From the NCBI GenBank assembly GCA_031550925.1, contig JAVBOE010000017.1, positions 21,384 through 85,383 on the forward strand: DNA of 64,000 nucleotides, given 5' to 3'. The stretch is from Bacteroidales bacterium. GTDB taxonomy: Bacteria; Bacteroidota; Bacteroidia; Bacteroidales; UBA932. The translations under genes and the position numbers were made by a program. Below the pieces are notes generated by a model. That model made no database searches. It worked only from the letters and a program-made list of their open reading frames with translations, and was not told the DNA's origin. Every line of letters begins with the position of its first letter. Positions within the stretch are counted from its first letter, which is position 1. Below, in pieces: positions 45,701 to 54,326 of this stretch.

Positions 45701-48700
45701 CATTTGATATTGATAAGGTCGTAAAAACAGCATGGGGATATGTGCCAAAAGCGGCTTCTGTTACTTATGCATTTGATAATAATTTTGCGGCCAGATCTTG
45801 GCAGGATGTTGGTTTTGATGGATTGAATGATTCAACCGAACGAGTTTTCTTCGGTAGCTTCATTTCAGATCTCAGCTTCCTCGACCCTGATCCCAGAAAG
45901 AAAATTGAGGATGACCCATCTAGCGATAACTATCGTTACTACTTTGACAGCTACTACGAGACGATGGCACAGGAAAACTCAAATTTTTCCGTACTTGATG
46001 CCTACGCGGATTTCAATGGACCGGATGGAAACTCAAGAAATACAGGAGAAATGTCCACGCCTAATCCTGATGCCGAAGATTTTAATAAGGATAATACGAT
46101 GAATGAAACAGAGAGCTACTATCAGTATCGTATTAGACTTACACGTAATGACCTTGTGGTTGGACAAAACTTTATAGAAGATAAAGTAACCAGCGAAGCT
46201 TACGATAAAGATGGGGGTGTAACGGTTGACTGGTACCAGTTTAAGGTTCCGATTGCCGAATATGAGAAAGCGGTAGGAGATATAGGCGACTTTAAGTCAA
46301 TTCGTTTTATGCGAGTATTCCTAACTAATTTTGCCGATACGACATACTTGCGCTTTGGAAGCTTTGATTTGGTACGTAGCGAGTGGAGAAGATACGGCTA
46401 CTCATTAATAGAAGGACAAGAGGGATTGGCTCAACCCGAAAGCGGCAATGGGCAGTTTGATATATCTGTTGTTAATATTGAGGAAAACGGTACGAGGTCT
46501 CCTATTAACTACGTAATGCCTCCGGGTACCGTTCGTGAAATTGATCCGAGTACATATCAGGAAAATCAGCTGAATGAGCAATCAATGCAGCTGAAGGTGC
46601 TGAATTTGGGAGACGGAGAGGCTAGAGCAGCCTATAAATCTTCGCTTTTTGACTTCCGAAAATTCCGCCGCATGCAAATGGATATACATGCCGAATCGGT
46701 GGTAGGTCAGCCAAAGCTTAAAGACTATTCTGATGTATCGTTGTTTATTCGTATGGGTAGCGACTATCGCAATAACTACTATGAATATGAGATTCCGCTA
46801 AAGATTACTCTTGATGGACATAATGAGCAGCTGGATGTTTGGCCCCAGGAGAATTTTATAGATTTAGAGCTGCAGCTGCTAACCGACCTGAAGATAGAGC
46901 GCAATCAATTCGTTAAGTACAGCGGAGGATCTACCGGAATACTTTATGAAAAGACAACATCAGATGGTAAAAAGCTTCGCATCTTAGGTAATCCATCTTT
47001 AGGAACAGTACGGAACATTATGATTGGTATCCGTAACCCCAAAAAGACAGCATTGGGTAGCGATGATGGGCTTGATAAATCTGCAATTGTATGGGTTAAC
47101 GAGCTACGCCTTACCGATGTGAATAATAAGGGTGGATGGGCTGCTAACGCTCGATTCTCGACCACGTTGGCGGACTTTGGCTCGATTTCGGTTTCCGGAA
47201 ATATAAAAACAGCAGGATTTGGCGGTTTGGAAACGAGAATTAACGAGCGCTTAATGAATGACACTTATCAGTACGATATTGTTACTAATTTCGAGCTGGG
47301 TAAATTCTTCCCCGATAGATTTGGCGTTAAGATTCCAATGTTCTTTGGTTTTTCAGAGTACTACGAAACGCCATACTACAATCCTTACGATCAGGATGTG
47401 AGGCTTAAAGATGTACTTGATAGCTATGAAACAAAGAGAGAGCGCGACTCGCTCAGGCGAATGGTACAAACTCTTACGCGGCGTAAAGCATTTAGCTTGA
47501 GTAATATTAGAGTGGTGCCCGATGGCAGTATACCTCATGTGTTTTCTGTTTCAAACATCTCGGCAGGCTATGCTTTCAACGAAACGTATTCGAGGAGTTC
47601 GACTATTCAAGGTAATACACAGAAGAATTTCAACGGGGCGTTGGGGTATAACTATGATGTGCAACCGAAATTCTGGCAACCTTTTAAGAAGGTAAAGGGT
47701 AATGCTCTTGCCTTTGTTCGCGATTTTAATATAGGGCTGTACCCTAAACGGTTCAGCTTTAATACGGATATAAGCCGCTACTATAGCGAGATGCAAAACC
47801 GTAATGTATATTATCCCAATATAGAAATTCCGGCTACTTATGCCAAAGACTTTACTTGGAACAGAAGCTATATGCTGATATACGATTTGGCAAGATCGTT
47901 AAGCCTGACGTTCTCTGCTACAAATATTGCCCGCATTGATGAGCCGGAGGGTATTGTTAATAAGAGTAAAGACCCTGATGGATACAAGCAATGGCGAAGC
48001 GAGGTATGGGAGAGCATTCGAGGTTTTGGACGTAATATTCAGTATAATCAAGATCTAAGCCTTTCGTGGCAGCTTCCTTTTGGTAAAATAAAACCATTGA
48101 GCTGGATATCAAGTAGCGCAACTTACAATGCGAGATACGAGTGGGTAGCTGCACCAATATTAGCAACCGGCTCTTCATATGACGAGGGGAACACCATAAG
48201 TAATATGCAGAATATTATTTTAAACGCTAATCTAAACTTCGAGACGTTATATAATAAATCCAGCTATCTACGCTCTATCAATAATAAGTTTAATGGAGTA
48301 GGACCAAAGAAAGATTATGGTTATAAAGAGGTTCGTCACCAAGAGCCCAAGGTTAACTTCTTTGCTAACCGCAGGCGTGTAATAAAGCACAACCTTGGAA
48401 CAACAACTGTTACCACTACAATATACGATTCGGATGGTAATGAGATTAAGGGAGTAGTAGCACGAGCCATAGATAAGAATAATATAGAGGTAGTCTTTAC
48501 CGAAGATGTGCGTAATGCCAGAGTTGCTATAGTGGGACTTGTTCCCAAATCGCAGAACCCGCTTCAGTTTGCAGGAGAGCTGTTACTTCGTATCGGAATG
48601 TCGGTAAGATCGGCAAGCATTACCTATAACGAAACCAACACTTCAACCTTACCCGGATTTGAGCCCGGCAGCACTATCTTTGGGCAATCAAATCAAAGTA

Positions 48701-49977
48701 ACGGATGGGCGCCTGGTTGGGGCTTTGTACTAGGTAAGCAGGATGCTTCTTTTGTAGATAGGGCAAGAACTAAAGGATGGTTAACTACCGATCCGACCTT
48801 TATTGCTCCATACATAATGACTGAGGACAGAACGATTAATGCGAGGGTAAACGTAGAACCTATAAGAGATTTCAAGATTACACTTTCGGCATACAGGGCT
48901 TATAATAATACAGAGACTCGATATAATGTGATTGACCCATCGGGTGCGATGCAGGCATGGGGACGTTTCAGTATTTCTGTAGTCAGCATTGGATCTGCGT
49001 TTGAAAATCCGAAATCGACTAACAATTACAAATCAAGTTCTTATGATAAGTTCCTTGCCAATCGTCAAAGCATAGCATGGTTATTTGCTCGTGACCGTGC
49101 TGCACAATCTCCAACTTATAATCCCGGTAATCCAAACGTAGATGAATATCCTGATGGTTATGGGCAGTTTAACCAACAGGTACTTGTTAACTCGTTTTTG
49201 TCTGCGTATGCTGGCAAGTCTATTAATAGTAAGATGTTTAACGATTTTATATCGTTCCCGATGCCTAACTGGGATGTTGCTTATACAGGTTTGTCGCGCA
49301 TAGAAGCCTTAAAACCTATACTGCGTAGCACTACACTTCGACATTCATATACATCTAGATACTCTATAAACTCATTCTCGCTGAATAGCACTTTTGGAGA
49401 AACAATGCAAGATGGACTTAGTGCGGTAAGAAACGCGCTGAACGACTTTGTTCCTTATCGAGATATGGCCAATATCGCTATAAGCGAATCGTTGACACCT
49501 TTATTACAGGTGGACTTAGGTTTTCAGAATAACTTGCTTTTAGAGTTTGCCACTAATCGCAGAAGGCAGGTGGCGTTGAGCTTGGCTAACAACCAGATTA
49601 CAGAAGGTAGAACTAAAGAGTATGTTATAGGCGCGGGATATTTATTCGAAAACGTTCCCATCCTGTTTAACTTTGAAAGAGGAAGAGGAAAACCAAATGT
49701 ATCAACGTTAACATTGCGTTTAGACTTTCAATACTCTGACAATCTAACCATTATTAGAAGGTTAGATCAGGCTGATAACCAGGGTGATGATATTTATAAC
49801 CAGCTATCAGACGGGCGCGAGGTAATGAGCCTGGGCTTTAGAGCAGACTATAGGGTAAGCGATAGAGTAAATATGGGATTTTTCTTTAATCGTATGTTAA
49901 CAGAGCCATATGTATCGTCTATTAAAACCACTACTACAAATGCCGGTTTTAGCGTACGAGTACTATTTACACAATAG
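42751..49977 (+). CDS. sprA: Type IX secretion system translocon / gliding motility protein SprA
   Basis: 2408-aa outer-membrane protein with a signal peptide. Its size and beta-rich composition are characteristic of SprA. The C-terminal beta-strand ends in aromatic residues (RVLFTQ). Confidence 0.85.
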   Translation: MLKKGALLLFIIFVFCSTKGLAQTLSSADQWYNPLQEEVIEYNPNTGSYYFYKLEGGKKSIPYKILSTEEFSKFQQENAMREEWIAQRNTSNQGVSRGTRGGLIPSVRVNSDLFGDIFGGNDITITPQGSVEAIFGITHTKNDNPMIPSQYRGSTSFDFDTNLQFNISGNIGERLKLNFNYDTQATFDFDQEIKLQYVGQEDDILQKLEAGNVSLPLSGSLITGSQSLFGIKTELKFGKLTFTGIVSQQRSESKEVIIQGGAQNRTFEIAIDEYDANRHFFLSQVFYDNYDKALEQLPLIRSGINITKIEVWVTNKTSQFDNARSVVAFMDLAEPFTLYDASLSSSPPASTYPYDDANKLFTSKVNRDNLRTVSDVTSYLTGVGYTGGSNYEKLENARKLTQGSDYILNAELGYISLTTALNSDEVLAVAYEYTYNGKALKVGELSTDGIISPKALIVKLLKGTNFIPKFPNWKLMMKNVYNLDAYQVSKENFLMDIYYQDSQAGTNLPYLTEGSIANQPLIRALHLDNLNSQNDAYPDGVFDFVEGVTVIASQGKIIFPVKEPFGRYLEKKINNQSIADKYTYKELYDSTLTKARELAEKNKFTLIGSYQSEVASEIYLNATNIPEGSVIVTAGSTRLVENVDYLVNYTMGTVQIINSFYLESGAPIKVSVEDNGLFNVMRKTMYGAHLNYEINKDFNVGATVLGLHERPLTQKLTYGDDPISNIMWGLNLSYRTESNFLTKMVNKIPFINTRAPSYINVDAEFAQLLPGQSSSADGKTFIDDFDGTQTAMDLRSYLAWSLSSTPSTFPESTLSDNLEYGYRRSKLAWYTISTDFTRNTSSTPSYVRNDRTKYLGNHYVREIPIQEIYPNRDIIAGTSPYLTTLSLAYYPTIRGPYNYQASSSKVKSDGTFSNPVEQWGGMMRPLTETDFETANYEYIEFWLMDPFVYNENGKGGDLYINLGNISEDILKDGHKQYENGLPYPFDIDKVVKTAWGYVPKAASVTYAFDNNFAARSWQDVGFDGLNDSTERVFFGSFISDLSFLDPDPRKKIEDDPSSDNYRYYFDSYYETMAQENSNFSVLDAYADFNGPDGNSRNTGEMSTPNPDAEDFNKDNTMNETESYYQYRIRLTRNDLVVGQNFIEDKVTSEAYDKDGGVTVDWYQFKVPIAEYEKAVGDIGDFKSIRFMRVFLTNFADTTYLRFGSFDLVRSEWRRYGYSLIEGQEGLAQPESGNGQFDISVVNIEENGTRSPINYVMPPGTVREIDPSTYQENQLNEQSMQLKVLNLGDGEARAAYKSSLFDFRKFRRMQMDIHAESVVGQPKLKDYSDVSLFIRMGSDYRNNYYEYEIPLKITLDGHNEQLDVWPQENFIDLELQLLTDLKIERNQFVKYSGGSTGILYEKTTSDGKKLRILGNPSLGTVRNIMIGIRNPKKTALGSDDGLDKSAIVWVNELRLTDVNNKGGWAANARFSTTLADFGSISVSGNIKTAGFGGLETRINERLMNDTYQYDIVTNFELGKFFPDRFGVKIPMFFGFSEYYETPYYNPYDQDVRLKDVLDSYETKRERDSLRRMVQTLTRRKAFSLSNIRVVPDGSIPHVFSVSNISAGYAFNETYSRSSTIQGNTQKNFNGALGYNYDVQPKFWQPFKKVKGNALAFVRDFNIGLYPKRFSFNTDISRYYSEMQNRNVYYPNIEIPATYAKDFTWNRSYMLIYDLARSLSLTFSATNIARIDEPEGIVNKSKDPDGYKQWRSEVWESIRGFGRNIQYNQDLSLSWQLPFGKIKPLSWISSSATYNARYEWVAAPILATGSSYDEGNTISNMQNIILNANLNFETLYNKSSYLRSINNKFNGVGPKKDYGYKEVRHQEPKVNFFANRRRVIKHNLGTTTVTTTIYDSDGNEIKGVVARAIDKNNIEVVFTEDVRNARVAIVGLVPKSQNPLQFAGELLLRIGMSVRSASITYNETNTSTLPGFEPGSTIFGQSNQSNGWAPGWGFVLGKQDASFVDRARTKGWLTTDPTFIAPYIMTEDRTINARVNVEPIRDFKITLSAYRAYNNTETRYNVIDPSGAMQAWGRFSISVVSIGSAFENPKSTNNYKSSSYDKFLANRQSIAWLFARDRAAQSPTYNPGNPNVDEYPDGYGQFNQQVLVNSFLSAYAGKSINSKMFNDFISFPMPNWDVAYTGLSRIEALKPILRSTTLRHSYTSRYSINSFSLNSTFGETMQDGLSAVRNALNDFVPYRDMANIAISESLTPLLQVDLGFQNNLLLEFATNRRRQVALSLANNQITEGRTKEYVIGAGYLFENVPILFNFERGRGKPNVSTLTLRLDFQYSDNLTIIRRLDQADNQGDDIYNQLSDGREVMSLGFRADYRVSDRVNMGFFFNRMLTEPYVSSIKTTTTNAGFSVRVLFTQ

Positions 49978-50037
49978 AAAACCTTGTTTTGTACAACACT
50001 AAATTTGTACAATCTCTAAAAAACATGTAGGTTTGTA

Positions 50038-50045
50038 TGAAATTG
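50038..50045 (+). promoter_or_regulatory. -7 box TAGGTTTG upstream of gcvH (second candidate TAAATTTG at 50000-50007)
   Basis: Perfect TAnnTTTG, 44 nt upstream of the ATG at 50089. Confidence 0.4.
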
Positions 50046-50088
50046 CAAAGAATAATTTTAATACAAACAAAAATAAAAAGACAATAGT

Positions 50089-50469
50089 ATGAACTTGCCA
50101 TCAAATCTTAAGTATTCAAAGGACCACGAGTGGGTTCGCGTAGAAGGAGATGTTGCGGTAATAGGTATTACCGATTTTGCTCAAGGCCAGCTTGGCGATA
50201 GCGTTTTTGTTGACATTCAAACCGAAGGAGAAACGCTTGCTCAAGGAGAGGTGTTTGGTGCTATTGAGGCTGTAAAAACAGTATCAGACGCGCTTATGCC
50301 GGTTTCGGGAGAGATAGTAGAGGTAAACCCTACTATAGAAGGTGCTCCGGATAAGGTAAACAAAGATCCTTATGGAGAAGGTTGGATGATAAAAGTAAAA
50401 ATGAGCAACCCATCAGAGGTGGACGGTTTGATGTCTGCAGACGATTATGCTAAAATTGCGACAGAATAG
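50089..50469 (+). CDS. gcvH: Glycine cleavage system H protein
   Basis: 126 aa with the lipoyl-lysine motif EAVKTVSD. Confidence 0.95.
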   Translation: MNLPSNLKYSKDHEWVRVEGDVAVIGITDFAQGQLGDSVFVDIQTEGETLAQGEVFGAIEAVKTVSDALMPVSGEIVEVNPTIEGAPDKVNKDPYGEGWMIKVKMSNPSEVDGLMSADDYAKIATE

Positions 50470-50489
50470 TCGATGATACAAAATAAGCG

Positions 50490-50520
50490 AAGGCTACTCA
50501 AACATTGAGTAGCCTTTTTA
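50490..50520 (+). terminator. Intrinsic terminator of gcvH
   Basis: Stem aaggctactca/tgagtagcctt followed by tttta. Confidence 0.8.
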
Positions 50521-50554
50521 TTATCTTAGCATTTCAGACGCAAAAAAATTTATT

Positions 50555-51040
50555 ATGAATATTGAAAACTTTACAATTCGCGAAGCGCAGAAGGCAGATG
50601 TTCCCGCAATTCTGGAGCTTATTAAAGGATTAGCAGACTATGAAAAGCTCTCTAACGAAGTTGTTGCAACAGAAGAGCTGTTGCAAGAATGGCTGTTCGA
50701 AAAAAAGAAAGCCGAAGTTTTAATAGGGGAGTATAATGGCATACCTGTTGGCTTTGTGCTGTTTTTTCATAACTTTTCTACCTTCCTTGGACGGGCAGGG
50801 ATATATTTGGAAGATTTATTTGTAAAGCCCGAATATAGGGGAAAAGGGTTTGGTAAAGCACTATTGGTAAGGCTGGCAAAAGTTGCCGTAGAAAGAGAAT
50901 GCGGTAGGTTTGAGTGGTCGTGCTTAGATTGGAACAAACCCAGCATAGAATTCTACCTATCGATGGGCGCCAGACCAATGGATGGTTGGACTGTTTATCG
51001 GGTTACCGGCGATAAGCTTATAGAAATGGCTAAGATGTAG
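50555..51040 (+). CDS. GNAT family N-acetyltransferase (diamine/spermidine acetyltransferase-like)
   Basis: 161 aa with the acetyl-CoA binding motif RGKGFGKALL. Confidence 0.8.
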   Translation: MNIENFTIREAQKADVPAILELIKGLADYEKLSNEVVATEELLQEWLFEKKKAEVLIGEYNGIPVGFVLFFHNFSTFLGRAGIYLEDLFVKPEYRGKGFGKALLVRLAKVAVERECGRFEWSCLDWNKPSIEFYLSMGARPMDGWTVYRVTGDKLIEMAKM

Positions 51041-51130
51041 CTTCAAAGTAGCACGACACATGTATCACGTATTACGATATGTAGAACTATAGAATAACAT
51101 ATCGAGCAAAGCGAAAAGTCTGCATGTTTG

Positions 51131-51196
51131 CCCCTAAATCCCCTAAAGGGGACTTTTGGAAGTGCAGGTTTAAGTCCCCTTTAGGGGATTTAGGGG
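51131..51196. repeat. Family-A palindromic element, copy 3
   Basis: Same arms as copies 1 and 2. The loop ttttggaagtgcaggtttaa has copy-2 orientation. It is preceded by family-C-like (51045-51080) and family-B-like (51101-51117) modules. Confidence 0.9.
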
Positions 51197-51253
51197 CAAC
51201 TTAGAATGCTAAATTGCCATAGTTTAACAGGGGCTTCTTCGTTCGGAGTGACA

Positions 51254-51294
51254 TAAAAAAGCAAGGGCAACGTGAACTTCAAGCTGCCCTTGCT
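51254..51294 (-). terminator. Intrinsic terminator of uppP
   Basis: 10-bp stem agcaagggca/tgcccttgct. On the minus strand it is followed by ttttttat. Confidence 0.65.
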
Positions 51295-51315
51295 TAGTAT
51301 ATTTATCAACCAACT

Positions 51316-52116
51316 TTATGCGACTAGCTGTGAGTAGATAATGGCAAAAAGCCCCATCGCAATACAGTAGTATGCAAAGTAAACCAGCTTACCTTTTTTT
51401 ACCAGGTTAATCATCCACTTACATGCTACTAAGCCTGCTATGAATGCCGTTAAGAACCCGCAAACCAATACGGATGTGGATATGCCTGAAGCCGAAGTCG
51501 AAAATCCGCCCTTAAGTAAATCTAGCAAAGATTCGCCAAGAATAGGAATAATTACCATAAGAAAAGAGAACTTAGCCATATTCTCTTTTTTATTTCCTAG
51601 AAGCAGTCCGGTTGCAATAGTAGTGCCGGAGCGAGATAAACCTGGTAGTACGGCGCAGGCCTGTGATACACCCACTATAAAAGCATCCCTATACGATATT
51701 TTTTCTTTTTGCTTGGGCTTGGCGTAGTACGAAAAAATGAGCAAAGCAGCAGTAACAAGCAGCATGCAGCCAACAAGCAATATTCCACTCCCAAATAGCT
51801 GCTCTACATAGTCTTTAAAGAAGAAACCGACAATAGCAACAGGAATTATTGAAATAAGGATTTTTGTCAGATACTGCGTTTCATCGTTCCACTTAAACTG
51901 AAAGAATCCCCTGAATAGTAACGAAACCTCGTGCCATAATACAACCAATGTGCTAAGTACTGTGGCCGCATGTACTACAACGGTAAAAGTTAGATTTTGC
52001 GAGGGATCTACACCAAATAGTTCGCTGCCAATGGCAATATGACCGCTACTGCTAACAGGTAAAAATTCTGTTAACCCTTGTACCAACCCTAAGATAATAG
52101 CTTCAATCCAATCCAT
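51316..52116 (-). CDS. uppP: Undecaprenyl-diphosphate phosphatase
   Basis: 266-aa polytopic protein with BacA motifs [14 protein letters not shown] and PGLSRSG. Confidence 0.92.
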   Translation of the reverse strand: MDWIEAIILGLVQGLTEFLPVSSSGHIAIGSELFGVDPSQNLTFTVVVHAATVLSTLVVLWHEVSLLFRGFFQFKWNDETQYLTKILISIIPVAIVGFFFKDYVEQLFGSGILLVGCMLLVTAALLIFSYYAKPKQKEKISYRDAFIVGVSQACAVLPGLSRSGTTIATGLLLGNKKENMAKFSFLMVIIPILGESLLDLLKGGFSTSASGISTSVLVCGFLTAFIAGLVACKWMINLVKKGKLVYFAYYCIAMGLFAIIYSQLVA

Positions 52117-52376
52117 TAATCCTTTTGTTTAGGTTTACGCATAATAGCATACACTTCGAATGCAAACCCAAAAAGAACTATAATTGGGGCTAAGGTAAGT
52201 CGGCGGAAGCTAAACATATCTTCGTTAAATACGTTAGGATCGGTATTCTTACCTCCTGCCATAAGAGCAAAGCCTACTACAATAATTGCAAAGCCTATAA
52301 TAAGCAGCTTATAGTTTTCTCTCGGAATGGCAAAGCCTGTTTTTTCAGCTTTCTTTACCTCGTTTTTCTTAGCCAT
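52116..52376 (-). CDS. DUF3098 family small membrane protein
   Basis: 86 aa with two TM helices. 1-nt stop/start overlap with uppP. It sits in the conserved Bacteroidetes position between ftsX and uppP. Confidence 0.7.
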   Translation of the reverse strand: MAKKNEVKKAEKTGFAIPRENYKLLIIGFAIIVVGFALMAGGKNTDPNVFNEDMFSFRRLTLAPIIVLFGFAFEVYAIMRKPKQKD

Positions 52377-52398
52377 ATATGTGTTTATTTAAAATCGT

Positions 52399-53277
52399 TT
52401 AGTAATATAAATCGTCTGAGCCCAATCGCACATAACGACGTACAGAGAAGTAGGTGGCCAGCAGCGTAATAAGCATTCCTAAAATAATAATCGCAACGAA
52501 TACAATTAGCAGAATATTAATATCCGCAAAGTTAAGAATGTCGCCAAACTCGTTGTATAGAATGTAGATAAGTCCGCTAAGTAAGCATACCGCTAAAGCG
52601 CCGGAGAAAAATCCTTGCAAAAGGCTTTTAGTAAGGAACGGTCGCGAGATGAATGAGCGCGTAGCACCGATTAACTTCATGGTATTAATAATAAAGCGCT
52701 TAGAGTAAATTGACAGACGAATAGTGTTATTTATCAATACCATTGAAACGAATAGCAGAAGTGCCGAAAAAAGTAGCATTATAAGGCTTAACCGCTCTAT
52801 GTTATGATTCATCAAATCCAGCAAATTCTTTTGATAGTCGGCTTTTTCTACCAAAGGACTTTTTTCCAGTATGGTTTGTACGGCAGCTAGGCTGTCGGAG
52901 TTAGCATAATCCGGCTGCATTTTAACATCTATAAGTTCAGGTAGCGGATTGTAAGAAAGAAAAGATAGAAAATCCTTGCCCAGCTCTTCTTCCATTTCTT
53001 TAGCAGCTTCTTCTTTCGAAATAAATCTTGTTTCGCGTATATAGGGAGAAGCATCCAGCCCTTTCTGGAACTGAATAACATCGGCTTCTTTAGTGTTGCT
53101 ATTTAGGTAAATAGTTAGCCCTACGCTCTCTTTATAAAAATCGGATATTTGTTTGGCATTAAGGATAAATAGCCCTACAACACCCAGCAAAAACAATACT
53201 AATGAGGTACTAATAACAGACGACAGGTATGAGCTGCGGAGCCGTTTAAGGGCTTGCTTTTGTTCTTTTTTTGCCAT
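52399..53277 (-). CDS. ftsX: Cell division FtsX-like permease
   Basis: FtsX topology: TM1, a large periplasmic loop, then 3 C-terminal TM helices. The track start at 53298 is TTG, and ATG 53277 gives MAKKEQKQALKRLRSS. Confidence 0.8.
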   Translation of the reverse strand: MAKKEQKQALKRLRSSYLSSVISTSLVLFLLGVVGLFILNAKQISDFYKESVGLTIYLNSNTKEADVIQFQKGLDASPYIRETRFISKEEAAKEMEEELGKDFLSFLSYNPLPELIDVKMQPDYANSDSLAAVQTILEKSPLVEKADYQKNLLDLMNHNIERLSLIMLLFSALLLFVSMVLINNTIRLSIYSKRFIINTMKLIGATRSFISRPFLTKSLLQGFFSGALAVCLLSGLIYILYNEFGDILNFADINILLIVFVAIIILGMLITLLATYFSVRRYVRLGSDDLYY

Positions 53278-53470
53278 AGCGTATTTTATAACGTACAAAG
53301 ATAATAATATCCTTGATTCGTGTATCGTTATTCCGGTTTTTGAAGCAGGCAGGCTTTATCCGGCAATAAAATTGTACAAACAAGCAGCATCTGCTAGCTC
53401 ATTTTTTTACACTTTAACGTAATCACAACGTATTGATGTGGTTTCAGTTGCCTCGTCTGTAAAAAATTAA

Positions 53471-53478
53471 TATCTTTG
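53471..53478 (+). promoter_or_regulatory. -7 box TATCTTTG upstream of glycogen-synthase-like gene
   Basis: Perfect TAnnTTTG, 36 nt upstream of the ATG at 53514. Confidence 0.45.
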
Positions 53479-53513
53479 CACGTATTTTTCACTTACAGTA
53501 AGCAGGATTTCTA

Positions 53514-54326
53514 ATGCAAAACCCAAGAGTGCTTTTCATTTCTTCGGAGCTAATGCCGTATGTTCCCGAAAATGAAATGTCAAAAATAAACAGGCAGCTT
53601 CCTCAGGGAATACAAGAGCTAGGTAGCGAAGTACGTGTTTTTATGCCCCGCTATGGTTGCATAAACGAACGCAGAAATCAGCTACATGAGGTTATTCGTT
53701 TGTCGGGGATGAATATGATTATAGATGATACCGATCATCCTCTTATCATTAAGGTTGCGTCAATTACTTCGGCACGGATGCAGGTGTATTTTATTGATAA
53801 TGAGGATTATTTTCATCGTAAAGCAATGGTTCGTAGCGAAAGCGGAGAATTTTTTGCGGATAACGATGAGCGTATCATATTCTTTGCGAGAGGGGTGCTG
53901 GAAACAGTAAAGAAGTTGCGGTGGTCGCCTGATATTATACACTGTCATGGCTGGTTTTCGTATATGGCACCTTTATACTTGAAGAAGGTTTATCAAGACG
54001 ATCCGTTATTTGCCTCTACAAAAGTGGTGATTTCGTTATACGATGATGAGTTTTCTGAAGACCTAAACCCCGCGATGAAGAAAAAAACGTTGATGGAAGG
54101 GATTAAGTCGAAAGATGTAGATCCGCTTTCAACACCAAGCTATACCAACTTGGCAAAGCTGGCAATTAGCTATTCTGATGGGGTAATCGCAGGAGCAGAA
54201 TCGGTGAATGAAACAGCCTTGAAATATGCAAAAACACTTAAGAAACCGGTTCTTAAATACCAATCACCCGAACAGTACATACAAGAGTATGCAAAATTCT
54301 ACAATAAGATTTTAGCCAATGAATAA
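53514..54326 (+). CDS. Short glycogen/starch synthase-like protein (GT5 N-terminal Rossmann half only)
   Basis: 270 aa. VLFISSELMPYV and HCHGWFS resemble the N-terminal domain of GlgA. No C-terminal GT-B half is present. Confidence 0.7.
   Translation: MQNPRVLFISSELMPYVPENEMSKINRQLPQGIQELGSEVRVFMPRYGCINERRNQLHEVIRLSGMNMIIDDTDHPLIIKVASITSARMQVYFIDNEDYFHRKAMVRSESGEFFADNDERIIFFARGVLETVKKLRWSPDIIHCHGWFSYMAPLYLKKVYQDDPLFASTKVVISLYDDEFSEDLNPAMKKKTLMEGIKSKDVDPLSTPSYTNLAKLAISYSDGVIAGAESVNETALKYAKTLKKPVLKYQSPEQYIQEYAKFYNKILANE

Noticed and set aside
49978-50088. Glycine riboswitch upstream of gcvH
   Set aside because: The leader is AT-rich with only TAnnTTTG boxes and ttgtacaa repeats. None of the conserved GGAGAG or ACCGAAGGGGCAA riboswitch core segments is present.
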